DNA of 63,958 nucleotides, the filler included, from Dugesia japonica (lineage: Eukaryota), in assembly GCA_001938525.1 (NCBI GenBank). It is 5 parts of 5 records of this genome, joined end to end, with 100 filler letters (N's around TTAATTAATTAA, not from the genome) between each part and the next. Parts side by side here need not be neighbours in the genome. Positions count along the whole stretch, not along the records: positions 24,677 to 41,421 come from MQRL01635699.1; 4 more parts are not named here. One strand, given 5' to 3'. Shown piece by piece: positions 25,471 through 38,334 of the stretch. Positions within the stretch are counted from its first letter, which is position 1. The number at the start of each line of letters is the position of its first letter. The position numbers were made by a program, and so were the translations under genes. The notes under the pieces are model-generated. The model ran no database searches. It was not told the origin of the DNA and saw only the letters and a program-made list of their open reading frames with translations.

Positions 25471-27904
25471 ATTTGAAAATCGAAATATTGAGTTTCATTT
25501 ATAAGTAATAAATTTTCATTTTAAGTGAATCAATTTACTCTTCACTATTTTTTAAGGATGTAGATACGTTTAATATTCTATTTATCTTGTTAACTTGTAT
25601 TGCTTGGGTTGGTAACAATAAATAGATACAAATAAGTTAAAATTGATAATTATTTTGGAAAAATTATAAAAATCAATACCAATTAAATTAATAAAATACT
25701 TAAAATGATGAAAGTCAATACTTTTAAGTTAATATAATTTCAAGTTATTTTATTGAGAAAATGCGGCTTATTTTTACCAAAAAATATTTACTTTACACAA
25801 GAACAAATAAATAAATAAAATAAGATCAAATAAATTCGTAAAAATAAGACTTTGTGTGTATGAAATTATTGGATAACCTTTGTATATTTTAAGTTTACTT
25901 GTCAAGTTTGTTATTTTTCTTTTAAGTTTATACAGTTGATAATTAATGAAATTTAAATTGATATGCTAAAATGAATTTAAATTTAAACCTAAAACTTGAT
26001 GATGCCATAGAAAAAATAGTTAGTATTAGTGCACTACAACTCGTCAGCATCAAAATTCTGATATGTTCTTCTTGTAGTGTAATTCTACCATATAATACTG
26101 TCGAGTTAGAACACCTCAAAATTAATAATCGCGGGTAAATGAAAAAGTAAGCTAAGAAACGAAAATAATACATAAACCCAAAGATAAGAAGCATGCAGCA
26201 ATAAGTGATCTAATAAGTTATTTAAGAACAAACATAAATTAACTGTAAAACATCACCAATAAATGGAAGGAAGGAAAAATAATTTGAAGAAATATTCAGT
26301 AAAACTGATAAAATAATGAAGATAAACGACAAAAAGAATATAACAAGAATTCATAATAATAATACCAAAAAACTGTTAATATTAGATCTGTCAAATCAAT
26401 CATAAAGAATAATAAATATACTAACTTAAATTAATAAATAACGAAATAAGAAACAAATGAAATGAATAATTTATGAAATGAAACGTTTAAATGATTGGCT
26501 AGCGTGCCATAAATCATTATCAACCTGAGCTCTCTCTCACATAGTGCTNAGTTCCTTTCGACTAGCTAGCAATTGCGCTGACGTATCGTAACCACCTCAT
26601 TACTTAGTTTGTTTGATCTTTATTTCCATCGACTCTTTGAGCCTGATCTTGTTACATAAGTCTGTTTAATCGTTTTTCCATTATTCACTAAACCAAAATT
26701 TGCAATTAAATATCATCACGTTTCGTTTTATCGAGTAATTTAGGTCCACTAAGATACCATCAATAACTAAAGATGAAATGTCTGGCCACTTTAGTATCTA
26801 ATGTAGGGCGCTAGCTGTTTAAATACTGCCCGTAATTATAACTGACTACTAACATAGGATTACAAATGATCATGAAATCATAAAATGATAGTGATTATAA
26901 CGCAAAGATAAAGTTGAATACTAGTAATATTGCAAATAAATTTCCATAATTCATGCTTGTATTAATTAATCCATATTGTTATGCGGAAAATAGACGACTT
27001 CTCGATTATAGCGAGATAAACAAGAGCACACGTATAGGTATTACCATCTAGGATTACTACTTATGAAGAAAACATATGTTGAACGATCTCTATAATGCAA
27101 TATATGGATCATCACTGTTGGTTAAGTATTATGTGATGAAGGAATCAAGTTCAAACAACAAAACAAAAAAACGGCGAATAAAGTAAAACATAACCACGAT
27201 ATAGTAATATTTTCATAAACACATATTTTGAACATTTAAGCCATATTTTTGCATAATTTCAACAGCCTTGGGTACAAATGGGTAACAAATGTTCAAATAA
27301 AACACTGTTTGTTGGACAATTCAGTAAAAGTCTCCTCCATATCCTGGTTAGTGATAAATTCAAGCTTTATCATTTAAATATTCTCCTCTGCCGACTCGGG
27401 GACGGTTGCATTTTCAATACGCTCATTCTACTTATTGATCGAATTCCGTTGAAGGTCCAATAATTCCGACAGGAATTGCGCGCTCTGGAGCAGCAATCTT
27501 CCCAGTTGAGTGCTCTCATCGATTGTCTTTTGTTGACATTCATAGCCAGCCTTCATTCTTTCCAACCAAAGTTGACTTTTACTCAATTAGCCTAATACCC
27601 ACTGTTCCGGGAAAAGTAATCCTTGTTCATAGTCATGAATTTGTTTTGGAGCTGTTCTTCTAGTTGTTGTATTTGAGTATCCTTTTGGTCAAGAAGATAT
27701 TTGGAAGGGTCCCTCAGTAGTGATGGCATCCCATTCCGTGATCAAATTTAGAGGAATAGACGTATCAAAGTACATATTTAAAATAACAATAAACAAATCA
27801 CACCTCACTTATGCTTCAGACTTTTTGACGTATACTATTATCAGTTCTAATGAGCTTCTTTTACTCCAGCCTTCCAATACTATTAATATGATCCTTGAAA
27901 ATTT

Positions 27905-28156
27905 CCTGATAAGACCCTTTCCACGCTTACTTGAGTAGCAGGAACCGCTTTATATAATAATGGTGTTGGCATTATATTGTAGTAAATTACTACTTATTTT
28001 TAGTAGTTGACTATATTTTTGTTGTTTTTGGTTTTATGTGCACAGCAAGAATATTTTTTTATATCTATGAACCCGAACCTGGTTTGTGTTTGGGTTCAGA
28101 GTTTAAAAAATCAGTGAACCTGAACCCGTTGGGTGTGAGTTCGGTTTCAGTCCCTG
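27905..28156 (-). mobile_element. Internally deleted hAT remnant
   Basis: Minus-strand end CAGGGACTGAAACCGAAC with GAACCCGAACC subterminal repeats, followed by dimerisation motif AVPATQVSVERVLS. Confidence 0.65.
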
Positions 28157-28628
28157 ATTTTTTGATTTTGACTTTTAATGCTATATTATAGTTTAATTGA
28201 AATTTCGAAAAAGATATACTACTGACAAAAATAAAGTATGTTAAAGTTAACTTTTGTTTAATAAAACTTTTATAATTTGAAAATTTGTGTTGGGCATTCC
28301 TGAATAAAATTAGTACAAATAATCATATCAGTTTTTATAAAAAAAAATGTCCGTTTCATAACAAGTTAAAATTAATTAATCAATTCAGATCATTTTCTTT
28401 TAAATTCATAAAATTACAGAATTATATAAAATTTCAAAAAAAAAAAACTAAAAAAGAAATATTGTAAGTAATTTATTAGAATGGAATTACATTAATCACA
28501 TAAATAAATAGATTATAATCGTATAAGATCATTAATATGATTTAAATAATTTTCATCACAAATGAAAACAGATGAAAAGTGTAAAAGTGGAAAAATATAA
28601 AATAGTTTTGAAAACATAAAAAAGCACT

Positions 28629-28720
28629 TCAGTGCGAGTTAATAAGAATTTCTGACGAGGAACTGCTTTTCGAGCTTGTTTGACGATTATTTTCCAATCT
28701 AGCTTTCAATTTTCTCGCCA
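28629..28720 (-). CDS. Uncharacterised host gene, terminal coding exon
   Basis: Acceptor aaatttag, phase 1 matching the previous exon; (V)ARKLKARLENNRQTSSKSSSSSEILINSH*; AATAAA downstream at 28472-28477. Confidence 0.8.
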
Positions 28721-29258
28721 CTAAATTTATAAAATATGTTTTAATCACAACTACTAAACTTTAATTTTAAATATATTTAAACCTTTCTAAACACGGATTT
28801 CATAATTTAAATTTTGGAAACATTAATAATTACAGTGACATTAATTTAGTAGCTTTTTTAAAGTAAACCAAGCCTAGAGACATATTACTAAATGGGTTCC
28901 TAACCTTTAATGAGCGGCCTTGAAAATAAGTCGCATGAAAACCCACCCAAATAGTTTACTTTAACAGATGGCAAAGCTCAAGCAGTCATTAATATATGTT
29001 GAAGATCAAGTATGAGATACAGAACACTAACAAAAAGTTATATAGGGGTTATTATTATAGAGGTTGATGAACAAGACCATTAGTTCAATATATGTCCTAA
29101 GGTTGACGAGTTTCTACTAAGATACATTCAAAATATAATTAAAGCTCGTGCTTAGTTGCGAGTAATAAAGGACGAAGAGATTATTAATTATAAAGTTTTT
29201 CATGACAAAAAAATTTAATACTTTACAATTAATAAATTCAAAAAAATTTGAATCTTAC

Positions 29259-29524
29259 CGAAAGACGAGTTAGCTTTAGTAATAAATTCAATCAAGTCAG
29301 CGCGGTTTATGTGATTAGCACTTGATAGGCCATATTTATGAAAATTCAATTTTGCCAAATGTTGATATCTACATCTTGAGTTCGTCGCTTTGTAACTTTT
29401 ATCTGAAACTATCATATTACTGCCCATGCCGAGAGAGCCGAGTTTTATCCAATCATTTAAAGGTAAATCAGAAGGTCGGCGAATAAATCGAGTTTTTTTA
29501 AACAAATTACATTCAGCTTCACTT
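29259..29524 (-). CDS. Uncharacterised host gene, internal exon
   Basis: Acceptor ttcgttcgacag, donor gtaaga; open frame SEAECNLFKKTRFIRRPSDL...ITKANSSF; phase 2 in, phase 1 out. Confidence 0.88.
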
Positions 29525-31344
29525 CTGTCGAACGAAAATTAAAATTTATATCAAAATTAAAACATAAAAACTTGAAACGATTATTATAAAATTAAAATAG
29601 TCAATGTTCCAAATTATATTAAATAAAACAATGTATGCAAAAGCAAAATAGAAAACGAGATAATTATGTAATAACAATATTGGAATGCATAAACTTCAGA
29701 AACACAAATACACTTGAAACATCCAATCATACAATTACATGATGCAAATTCATTATAACGACATACAAAACATATTTTATAATTAATCAAATAAGACAAA
29801 AAAATTGTAAAATCTAAATCATCATTTCATATCATCATCTTATACTGAAGTTTTCTACAAATCACTTTAATTAGGCTCAAACTATTTTAGATTTTTCAAA
29901 TTTCTATTTTATTATATGAAATCTTGAAATTATTGAAAACGATCAAAGAAAAAAAAACGAAAAATTCATGTCTAACTAAATAAACTTTATTTTACAAATC
30001 ATTTTAATGATTTCATTTAGATATATAATAAATCTGTTTTTAAAAACTATCTTAGTCATATTTGATTTATTTGGTAATATATAAAATAGCTTCCTTCATC
30101 TGATTAGATTTTTCAACACTAGTAAATTAAATAATTATTAATTATAGATAACTAGATATAACGTATACAATTTCTATTTAACCAAAGACTTTGATTTTTG
30201 GAGATATACGATAACAAAGTTAGACAAAATTTCTATTGCAGACAATTTGTTTGTTGCTCAATTATAATTTTTAAAGTTACAACTACAATTTTTAAATTGT
30301 TCTCCTATTTTGGTTGGAACGCAAAAAATAAAGTTTCTTTTCTCTTTTTTTCCTCTTCAAGAAATCAAATGCATGAATTTTGTTATTTGTAATTTAATAA
30401 AAACTAACTCTAATAAAAATTAAAAAATTGGGAAACAAATTTGGTTTTTTTTAAAATATTAGCTACAATAATAATAAAATTTAATTCAAATTCATGTTAT
30501 AACGAGAACTTGTGGCTTAACAGAATTTTGAAATTTCTATAATGGTTCGTCATACATAAACTTCTGAGTACTCCTGGTCTATTAGTAAGCTGAATTTTTT
30601 TCGTTTATAAGATTTAAAATCAGAAAGAATTTTAAGTAGGTCATTGGAATAGTTAAGTCTTACAAGAATTTTAATAATTACCAACATTATTATTATTTTG
30701 TCGTAAAAGTTCAAGTGTCTTAAATTTTTCTTTTATGCTACATGACTTTCTATGCATTGTATTAAAAATCTAAAAACATTACATTAATACGTATAAAAGT
30801 GTTTTTAAAAATGGAGCGTTTATTAAACGTAAATATAAACCAATAATTATCAAAAAAGTGTATTTAGTGAATTTACTTTCTAATAATCTTTTATGTTGCA
30901 AAGTAAAATTGTATAGTAAAATGTTTTTATAGTTTTCTACAGCATTAATTTCTAATGATTAATAGTATATGATATAATTTTTGTAAATACTTTATAATGT
31001 ATTATTTCTTCTCTTTTAACCTATTAAACCAAATTTTTAACGATTGTATTAATTTTTATACAATGAAATAAAACAATAAAAAGAGCATCACTTTTCCTCA
31101 CCTTTTATCTTAATCGACTAACCATTTAAAATTATAAAGATATTAGTAATGATTGATGCTACCATTTTCGTATTAATATAATAAAAGTATTTGAATTATC
31201 ACTTGAAATTCGGTGACAGTTTAGTAATTTCTTAACAACTAAATTATTAATCTTTACATTAACTAAATATTGAATAAATAAAACTTCGAAAAATTAAGTT
31301 TAAATATCTAGAACTTAGTTTTGTAAATATTTACTTGAACTTAC

Positions 31345-31596
31345 CCTTTTTGAACTAAATTTTGTAAATGTTCAAAAACGACGTTTGTTTTCCTTTGATC
31401 TGTCTCATCGTATGTCGGACCTAATTCTTGACCATTTCGAATTTTCTTTAATATGACAGGATTGATATATGGTAGATAAAACGCCGATGGACCGTAAATC
31501 TTTCGGAAATCATAGTAAGGATTTTTCGGATAATAATGCTTTCCAAATTCTGCCATTTTAAAGAATCGCGCTTCTCCAATTTCGCACTCAAGTGAT
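31345..31596 (-). CDS. Uncharacterised host gene, internal exon
   Basis: Open frame SLECEIGEARFFKMAEFGKHYYPKNPYYDF...QNLVQKG; donor gtaagt in phase 2 matches exon 29259-29524; acceptor (atcaaag) less certain. Confidence 0.85.
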
Positions 31597-32333
31597 CTTT
31601 GATAAACGTAAGAGATAAAAATATTAATATTTAAAGTAATTATAAACAATTATATTATAAAGCAATTATATATATCAACTTATTTCGTATTTTTATTACC
31701 ATAAAAATTTTTTGGATTTAATCTAATTTTTAGTCAGCAACATAGAAGACTACATAGCATAGTATACGAACATTGGCTTCTAATGGATCACCAATTATCA
31801 ACATTTGATTAACCCATTTTGGCCAATGTACTTATTTAACAAGTGAATAACGAAAATGTAATCAAATTAATTTAAATAATTAAAGATAATAAATAAAAGA
31901 TAAAAAAGAAAATAATTGGAAATAGATGAAAAATAAGCAAAAGAAATAAAATAAAGAAAATAGCTGCACCATTAGTAAAATGACAATTCAAGAAATGTTG
32001 AAATAAGAAAAAGGAAACTAAAACCAATAATTGATAAATTAAAGTAAATTGTAATTAAACGAAAATCCAAATTATCAATCAAAAGAAAATCAGAAAAGAT
32101 AAAATTGGAAACTAAAGATTTAAAGTATTATCAATTATTTATATATTATAAATAAATATTATACATATATTTTAAATAATTATATAATAATTACTATAAA
32201 GAAAAGAAATAATTTATATTCGTAAATTAAAACAAAAACTTATTATTAATAAACTACGATGTTTAATTATTATTAGTATTATCATGATTTAAATTGTAGT
32301 TGTTACGTTAAAGAAATATGGGTTATTATTCGG

Positions 32334-32336
<3 letters not shown>

Positions 32337-32390
<54 letters not shown>
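32337..32390. repeat. (TTA)n microsatellite
   Basis: Pure trinucleotide run; others at about 16120-16162, 47336-47403, 53038-53102 and 53195-53255, mostly flanking N gaps. Confidence 0.95.
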
Positions 32391-33023
32391 TATGGTAAAT
32401 GCATTATAAATTATATAATATGTATAATATTTATAGAATTGAGCTTTGAAAAGTATACAAATTGAACTTTGGAATTGTTGACGCACCAACGAGTTTAATT
32501 ATCGAAACCGCCACTCTGAATTCAAATACAAAGAGACATGGATGAATGAACAACTAATATAAGTGATTCAAATTTAAAATGAATAATAGCTGATGCAAAC
32601 CATAATGAGTATGACGGTATATAGATAAGCAGCGAATTATCATTGTTATGGAATAAGAATATACATAAGAATATACGATATTACGAAGCCTGATTTTAAG
32701 AAATGATGAATCAGTTTAATAAAGATGCAGAGTAGTTTGCAAATTATTGAACAAATAATAAACGACTCATTGATTTTCGGGTGGGTTATTGGATTGAGCA
32801 ACGAGACCCCCCTGATAATAAAAGGCTATAAATAAAAACACGAAAAAGCAATAAACTAACAAAGAAACTATAAAACAATACTTCATTAGAAAAAAAGTGT
32901 ATTAATATTATTGATAAACGCTTACGGGAATCTCAGAAAACAATTTTGAAGAGACAGAAAAGGATTGACGATACTATTTCAAAAAAGTTAATAGAAAATC
33001 CGAGATCATCCTCCTTCGTAAAC

Positions 33024-33514
33024 TGAAAGATATTCAATGATAAAGATGAAAGATATTCATTGATAAATATGAAAGTTATTCAATGACAGAGATGGAAGAT
33101 ATTCAATGACAGAGATGGAAGATATTCAATGACAGAGATGGAAGATATTCAATGACAGATGAAAGATATTCATTGATAAATATGAGAGTTATTCAATGAC
33201 AGAGATGGAAGATATTCAATGACAGATGAAAGATATTAAATGTCAAAGATGGAAGATATTCAATGACAAAGGTGGAAGAAATTCAATGACAGATTAAACA
33301 TATTCAATGACAGATGAAAGATATTTAATGATAAAGATGGAAGATATTCAATGATAAAGATGGAAGATATTCAATGACAGAGAGGAGCGATATTCAATAA
33401 TAGAGATGAAAGATATTTAATGACAGAGATGAAAGATACTTAATGATAAAGATGGAAGATATTCAATGACAGTAATGAAACATATTCAATGACAGAGATG
33501 AGCGATATTCAATA
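33024..33514 (+). repeat. 23-bp minisatellite (about 21 copies)
   Basis: Unit approximately AGATGGAAGATATTCAATGACAG with 21-nt variants; no spacers. Confidence 0.95.
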
Positions 33515-34741
33515 AAAATAAAAATAATGAATTTAAGATGAATTGATTAGTAAAGGAGAAATAAATGAGACACGATGGACGATCGAATTTATTGAGTGGA
33601 AAAAGCGTGTCGGGGAATTAATGAGAGTTTACTGGTGATGAACGAGGACCACTCTATTGTGAGAACGTTCTTAATAATTTCTTTTTATCATTTAATAGTA
33701 AATTTTTAACGTATTGAAATGATAACTGAATTTGAACTATTATATAATTCGATTTTGTGTTTGTAAAATAACGTTTTCCAATTATGAATTATATTTTTTC
33801 TTTAATTAGCTGATAATAACCAAATACATTATTTTGATTAAGTACTTAATTTACTAGTCTTCCCCATTAGTTAATGATATTCTGTTATCTAGTTAACTTT
33901 AATAATTCTGATTCCGGATATTGAAATTTGATAGAAAGATTTCATAATTTCTTTTGATAACTTGTAACTTACAAGTTGTAAGTAATATGATTACAATGAT
34001 GCAATTATTACCTAAACAGCTGTAGTTATGAATCGAGTGAAAATATGTTCTAAAAGAAAATATTCGTCGCATTTTACAATTAAGATCGACTTAAAATCTA
34101 ATAAATTGTCGTGACTAATGACGAGCTGGGAAGTGAGAGTCCCCGAGGGCAATAATGTACGAAGCTCTCACAGCGGAGTCTCACAATATTGTTCGTGTAG
34201 GAACTCTAAAATAAATTGAATATTAATCTCGAAATGTTTAATCAACTGTTTATTTATTAAAGAAACATGTCTTTGAATATAATAATTTAAAAATGTCCAG
34301 AAAAATAAAGATCAATGAAGCCATGAAATCGATGAAAAATTGGAGTTTCTCGGCTCCTCCCCCGAATAATATACCACTGCTTTACAATTCATGGAGCAAG
34401 ATTAATTCGGACAGAGACCCAAGACAAGGAAGTAAAAATAAACTCCCTAAAGATACCAACACCTTCTCCTTCAATTTTTTGGTTCGAGCTTTTGTAATCT
34501 GATTGGTTCAAAACAATTCTTTTCCAGCTGACTGTATGGCTATCCATTAATGTATGTAAAGTTTCAATTAAGCGATGTATCATTTAATGTCACTTTTAAG
34601 TATTTCAGTGTGCCATGTTTAACTGATTATTTAGTGACTTAAAACTCGATTTCATTCTAAATAGCGCTAATCGATGGAAAAATTAGCTAATTAGATTTTC
34701 GAAAAGAGAATAGCTCACTAGATCACCTAATTGATCCTCAC

Positions 34742-34826
34742 GTAATTGAATTCAAGGCTAAAGCCATAACTTCTCCCTCTTCCTCTCCTGCTCCACCACA
34801 ATAGATAGAAAAGAAATTTAACTTTG
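34742..34826 (-). CDS. Possible internal exon of the host gene
   Basis: Acceptor tttcatttag, donor gtgagg; KLNFFSIYCGGAGEEEGEVMALALNSI; phases (1 in, 2 out) would bridge exon 37697-37880 to exon 31345-31596, but the region may instead be retroelement-derived. Confidence 0.35.
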
Positions 34827-34893
34827 CTAAATGAAATGATTTTTATGGATAATATGAACTGCATGACAATTATTTAGTGGACAAATTGAATTA

Positions 34894-35790
34894 CAAGGTG
34901 TGTCTAAAATGTAGTAAGATTGGTTCAACACAATATTATATGAACAAGAAAACGAATACAAATACATGTATTTTAATCAAGAAAGTTGTCTTCTTCAAAA
35001 TATTCTCCCTCCTATAATGTACATTTTCCATCTTTTGGCAAATTATTGAAAACTGTCAGCATTTTGAATCTGGGTGACTAATTTTAGTATTCTGATGCAT
35101 GTGCTTTGAATTTCTTATACCGATGATAATCGATTACCCTCATAAGTTTTTCAGGAAAGAAAACATAAAGATATCCCATGGTGAAAAATCCGGAGAGTAC
35201 AAAGTACTTGGCTGTGAATTGTTGTGCAATAATCTGAAATCTCGAATAGTCCACATATAATTTCTTTTGTTTCTAGTTTTTTCAAAGAGACTTTTTAATA
35301 CATCCAGATAAACATCTTTATTAATTTTTTTGCTCTCATGAATAAATTCATAATGGATTAGACACTTGAAATCAAAGGAAGTTATCAGCATGAATTGAAC
35401 TCTTAATTTGACATCCTTGCAATCTTTTTAACTGGTGATATTTCCCCTCGTCACTGCAGACTTAGCCTTTTTTGTTTCAAGTTCATATCTATAAATCTAT
35501 GTCTCATTTTTCGTGACAATACTCTCAATGAACAAGTTGTCATTATCATAATATTTAATAAAGTTTTCACAGTTTGACGATGAGGTATTTTTTCTGTTCA
35601 TTACCGAGAATTTCTGGAAGCAAGCTTTCTTTTTTACGTAATTAACCGTCAGTATCCGAAGGACCGTATCTTTGCTGATTTCTAAAGTCTCAGTACTCAT
35701 TCTCACGTTCAATCGATGACCTATTGCAATAATTTACTTCACCTTTTTAATTATAGCGTTCTTACATTTCTAAAATTTCTGTTCCATATT
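34894..35790 (-). mobile_element. mariner transposon, decayed
   Basis: TA-CAAGGTGTGTCTAAAATGTAGTAAGA TIR-like end; ORFs 35497-35712 (FIESIVTKNET) and 35140-35391 (LLHNN, YSPDFSPWDIFMF). Confidence 0.88.
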
Positions 35791-35862
35791 GTTAGATTTA
35801 AATTATTTGTCCATTTTTTTATTTCAATTTGAAGATGTCACCATTTATATAGGTAATATTAA

Positions 35863-35900
<38 letters not shown>

Positions 35901-36539
35901 GATCAAGAATGTTCACATTATTTAAATATGCTAAACATTTTATGATATGTATAATTAAATTAAATTAATTTTAACGCGAGTAATTTATATAAAATATTGG
36001 TGGAGAATTTGAATTAAGCATCGCATGCGTGATGCAAGCGTATGTTCTTTGTTTCAATAATTGCAATTTATTATTGTTTAAATAAATGAAAATATTGTTT
36101 ATTTGTTTAAATGTAATAATTTTTTGGTGGTTAGTTTAAATTATTTATTTTTGTTTTATTGCATCAGTATTATTTATTTTACGCCGAAAATTTTAAGTTA
36201 AGTAATTTTTTTTTATTTTAAGTAATGGAAAGTTTTTCATTTTGAATGTTGCAATTTTTATTTGCTGTGTTAAAATCTTTGTTTAGAATGTTGTAATTTT
36301 TTTGTATTGCTTTGATCAGTGTATCAGATTCATTAGGTTTATTGAGTGTATTATGGTTTATTATGTTGTATTGGATTTATTTGATGTAATCAGTTCAATA
36401 AATTTATCGGGTTTATGGAGTATTTTGACTGTATTGAACGGATGAAGTGTATTAATTGGATAAAGTTGGTTGAAGGATGACATGAACTATAATTATAAAC
36501 AATAAATCATTGTACTCTGTCGGTAGACTTTAGATTCAA

Positions 36540-36810
36540 AACTTAGTGAATATTTCAAGGAAATTAGTGTATAATACATAAAAATGTATGTATGTTTGTA
36601 TGAAATTGATATACTTCTCAATAAATTGTATATTTTAATCATAAAATACGTATATTTATATGAAATTGATATTTGTTTATTGAAATTTGGTAATATTTTA
36701 ATGAAATTAGTGTAATACTTATTGAACTTTGTATGTAAATTAATGAAGTTATGAAATTTGTATAGCTCTTAATAAATCGTTATGCTTTATATGAAAATAT
36801 CTTGTTGAAA
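36540..36810. repeat. Degenerate tandem repeat with about 20-bp period
   Basis: Recurrent ATGAAATT(G/A)-type units; TGAAATTGAT exactly 60 bp apart at 36601 and 36661. Confidence 0.55.
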
Positions 36811-37232
36811 ACAATAAATTTATATTTAATTTTTAATAATTAAAATTTTAAATACCTAGTTTAATAAATTACTGAATACTTTTTTTTAGAAATCTAATTA
36901 AATATTTTTTATTATAAATTTATTATAAATAACAATTTAAAATTTCTGTGAGTTTAAATAAAAAATAATATTAAATTGATTTATTTTAAAGAAACTATTA
37001 AGTTTCCACATAATCTTGATAAATAAATTATAATTCTTCATGTTTTATATTATAAGTAGATTTTTTGCAAAAAAATATTTTTTTCATTGCAGAAAAAAAT
37101 TTTAAATATATAAATAAAATAAAAATTATTCAAAAAATATAATATAGAAATTATTATTTTATTAAGAAATTTGTTTTATGAACTTACAATTAATTTTGTT
37201 CAATAAATTATAAATTTGTATTTGATATTTGT

Positions 37233-37300
37233 CAATTACAATTATTGCGAGAATAATTGTTGGATTTAACTATCGATCGTATAAGATTTCATTAAAATAC
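37233..37300 (-). repeat. Penelope 3' repeat fragment
   Basis: CAATTATTGCGAGAATAATTGTTGGA shared with the copies at about 21270 and 47790. Confidence 0.75.
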
Positions 37301-37696
37301 AAGCCTCAAACCATTTAAATCCAATATAATTAGTAAAAAAATGTTTAAAAAAGGCAAAATAAGCATTGCTGAGTTTAAGGTTTCGAACCGTGGTTTTCGT
37401 AATAATTTTGAAAGAATCGCATAACTCAATTCTTAATACTCGAATTAACATGCATTCACTATTGAATTTATTTTAGTCTTATATTATGGGATTGATTGCG
37501 TAAATGTTTTTTGAAAAATTTCTCCTTTTTATTTTATTTAATAAAAATTTATACAAAAGGTATTAAATTATACAAAAAAAACTTCAGTGGAATCCTTCTA
37601 AGTAAGCCACATTTCTCAACCTTGTTTTTAATATATTTAACCGACTTTGGTAATGTAATTTTTGAGAAAGAATTAGTTTAAATTATCTTAATTTAC

Positions 37697-37880
37697 TTTC
37701 AACTACATAGAGCACGTGGTTAAATATAACGAAACTGGGGATATAAATGTACCAACTTGTGCGGAGTCCACCGTAAAAGTTAGAAAATAAAGAAAATAAC
37801 TTGTCATCGTTAACAATTACATTATCTTCTTCACCTTCAACTTTCGGTTGTAGAATTTCTGCATCAAATAATTTTGTTTT
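37697..37880 (-). CDS. Uncharacterised host gene, internal exon (3' boundary uncertain: 37821, 37753 or 37697)
   Basis: Follows a 42-nt GT-AG intron (37881-37922) in phase 0; KTKLFDAEILQPKVEGEEDN... Confidence 0.7.
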
Positions 37881-37922
37881 CTAAGAATAACATAAACTAT
37901 ATTTTGTTTAATAGAATTTTAC

Positions 37923-38089
37923 CAAAATCAATGGATCTCTTAAAAAATAAGGTGGTTTTTCGGGCATTACAATTTTTTCTTCTGGTAATTTAGGTTGTTT
38001 AATTTCTTCTAAAATGGTTTCTGGAACTTTTTCAATAACTGGCGATGCATCACTTGATAATTCGAATATATCTGTACTGATTCTTTTGA
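37923..38089 (-). CDS. Uncharacterised host gene, internal exon
   Basis: Acceptor tctatag, donor gtaaaa; KRISTDIFELSSDASPVIEKVPETILEEIKQPKLPEEKIVMPEKPPYFLRDPLIL; phase 1 matches exon 42019-42114. Confidence 0.82.
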
Positions 38090-38334
38090 CTATAGATAAT
38101 ATATGCATTGTATTGAACAATCTTCTTTTCAAAATTAATCAAAAATATTTTTATTAATAATTTTTACCATATATTTCAACATTATTTTACATGTTTGATA
38201 AAAATCATTTCAAACCTTCATACAGTATTTCTGATTTAATAAATAGATTTTTGCGGAAATGAAACATTGTAATAAAAAAAAGAATTTTAAATAATTTATA
38301 CATGTCTATTAATTTTGTTTTTCCTGTATTTATA

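Noticed and set aside
31715-31830. Minus-strand exon candidate HWPKWVNQMLIIGDPLEANVR
   Set aside because: Runs into a stop and has no convincing donor in the phase needed to join the next exon
33024-33514. CRISPR-like array
   Set aside because: Units are head-to-tail with no unique spacers, there are no cas genes and the context is eukaryotic; it is a minisatellite
31596-37753. Selenocysteine TGA created at a splice junction
   Set aside because: Alternative donors or exons explain the frame, there is no redox motif context, and no SECIS is recognisable in the AT-rich 3'UTR
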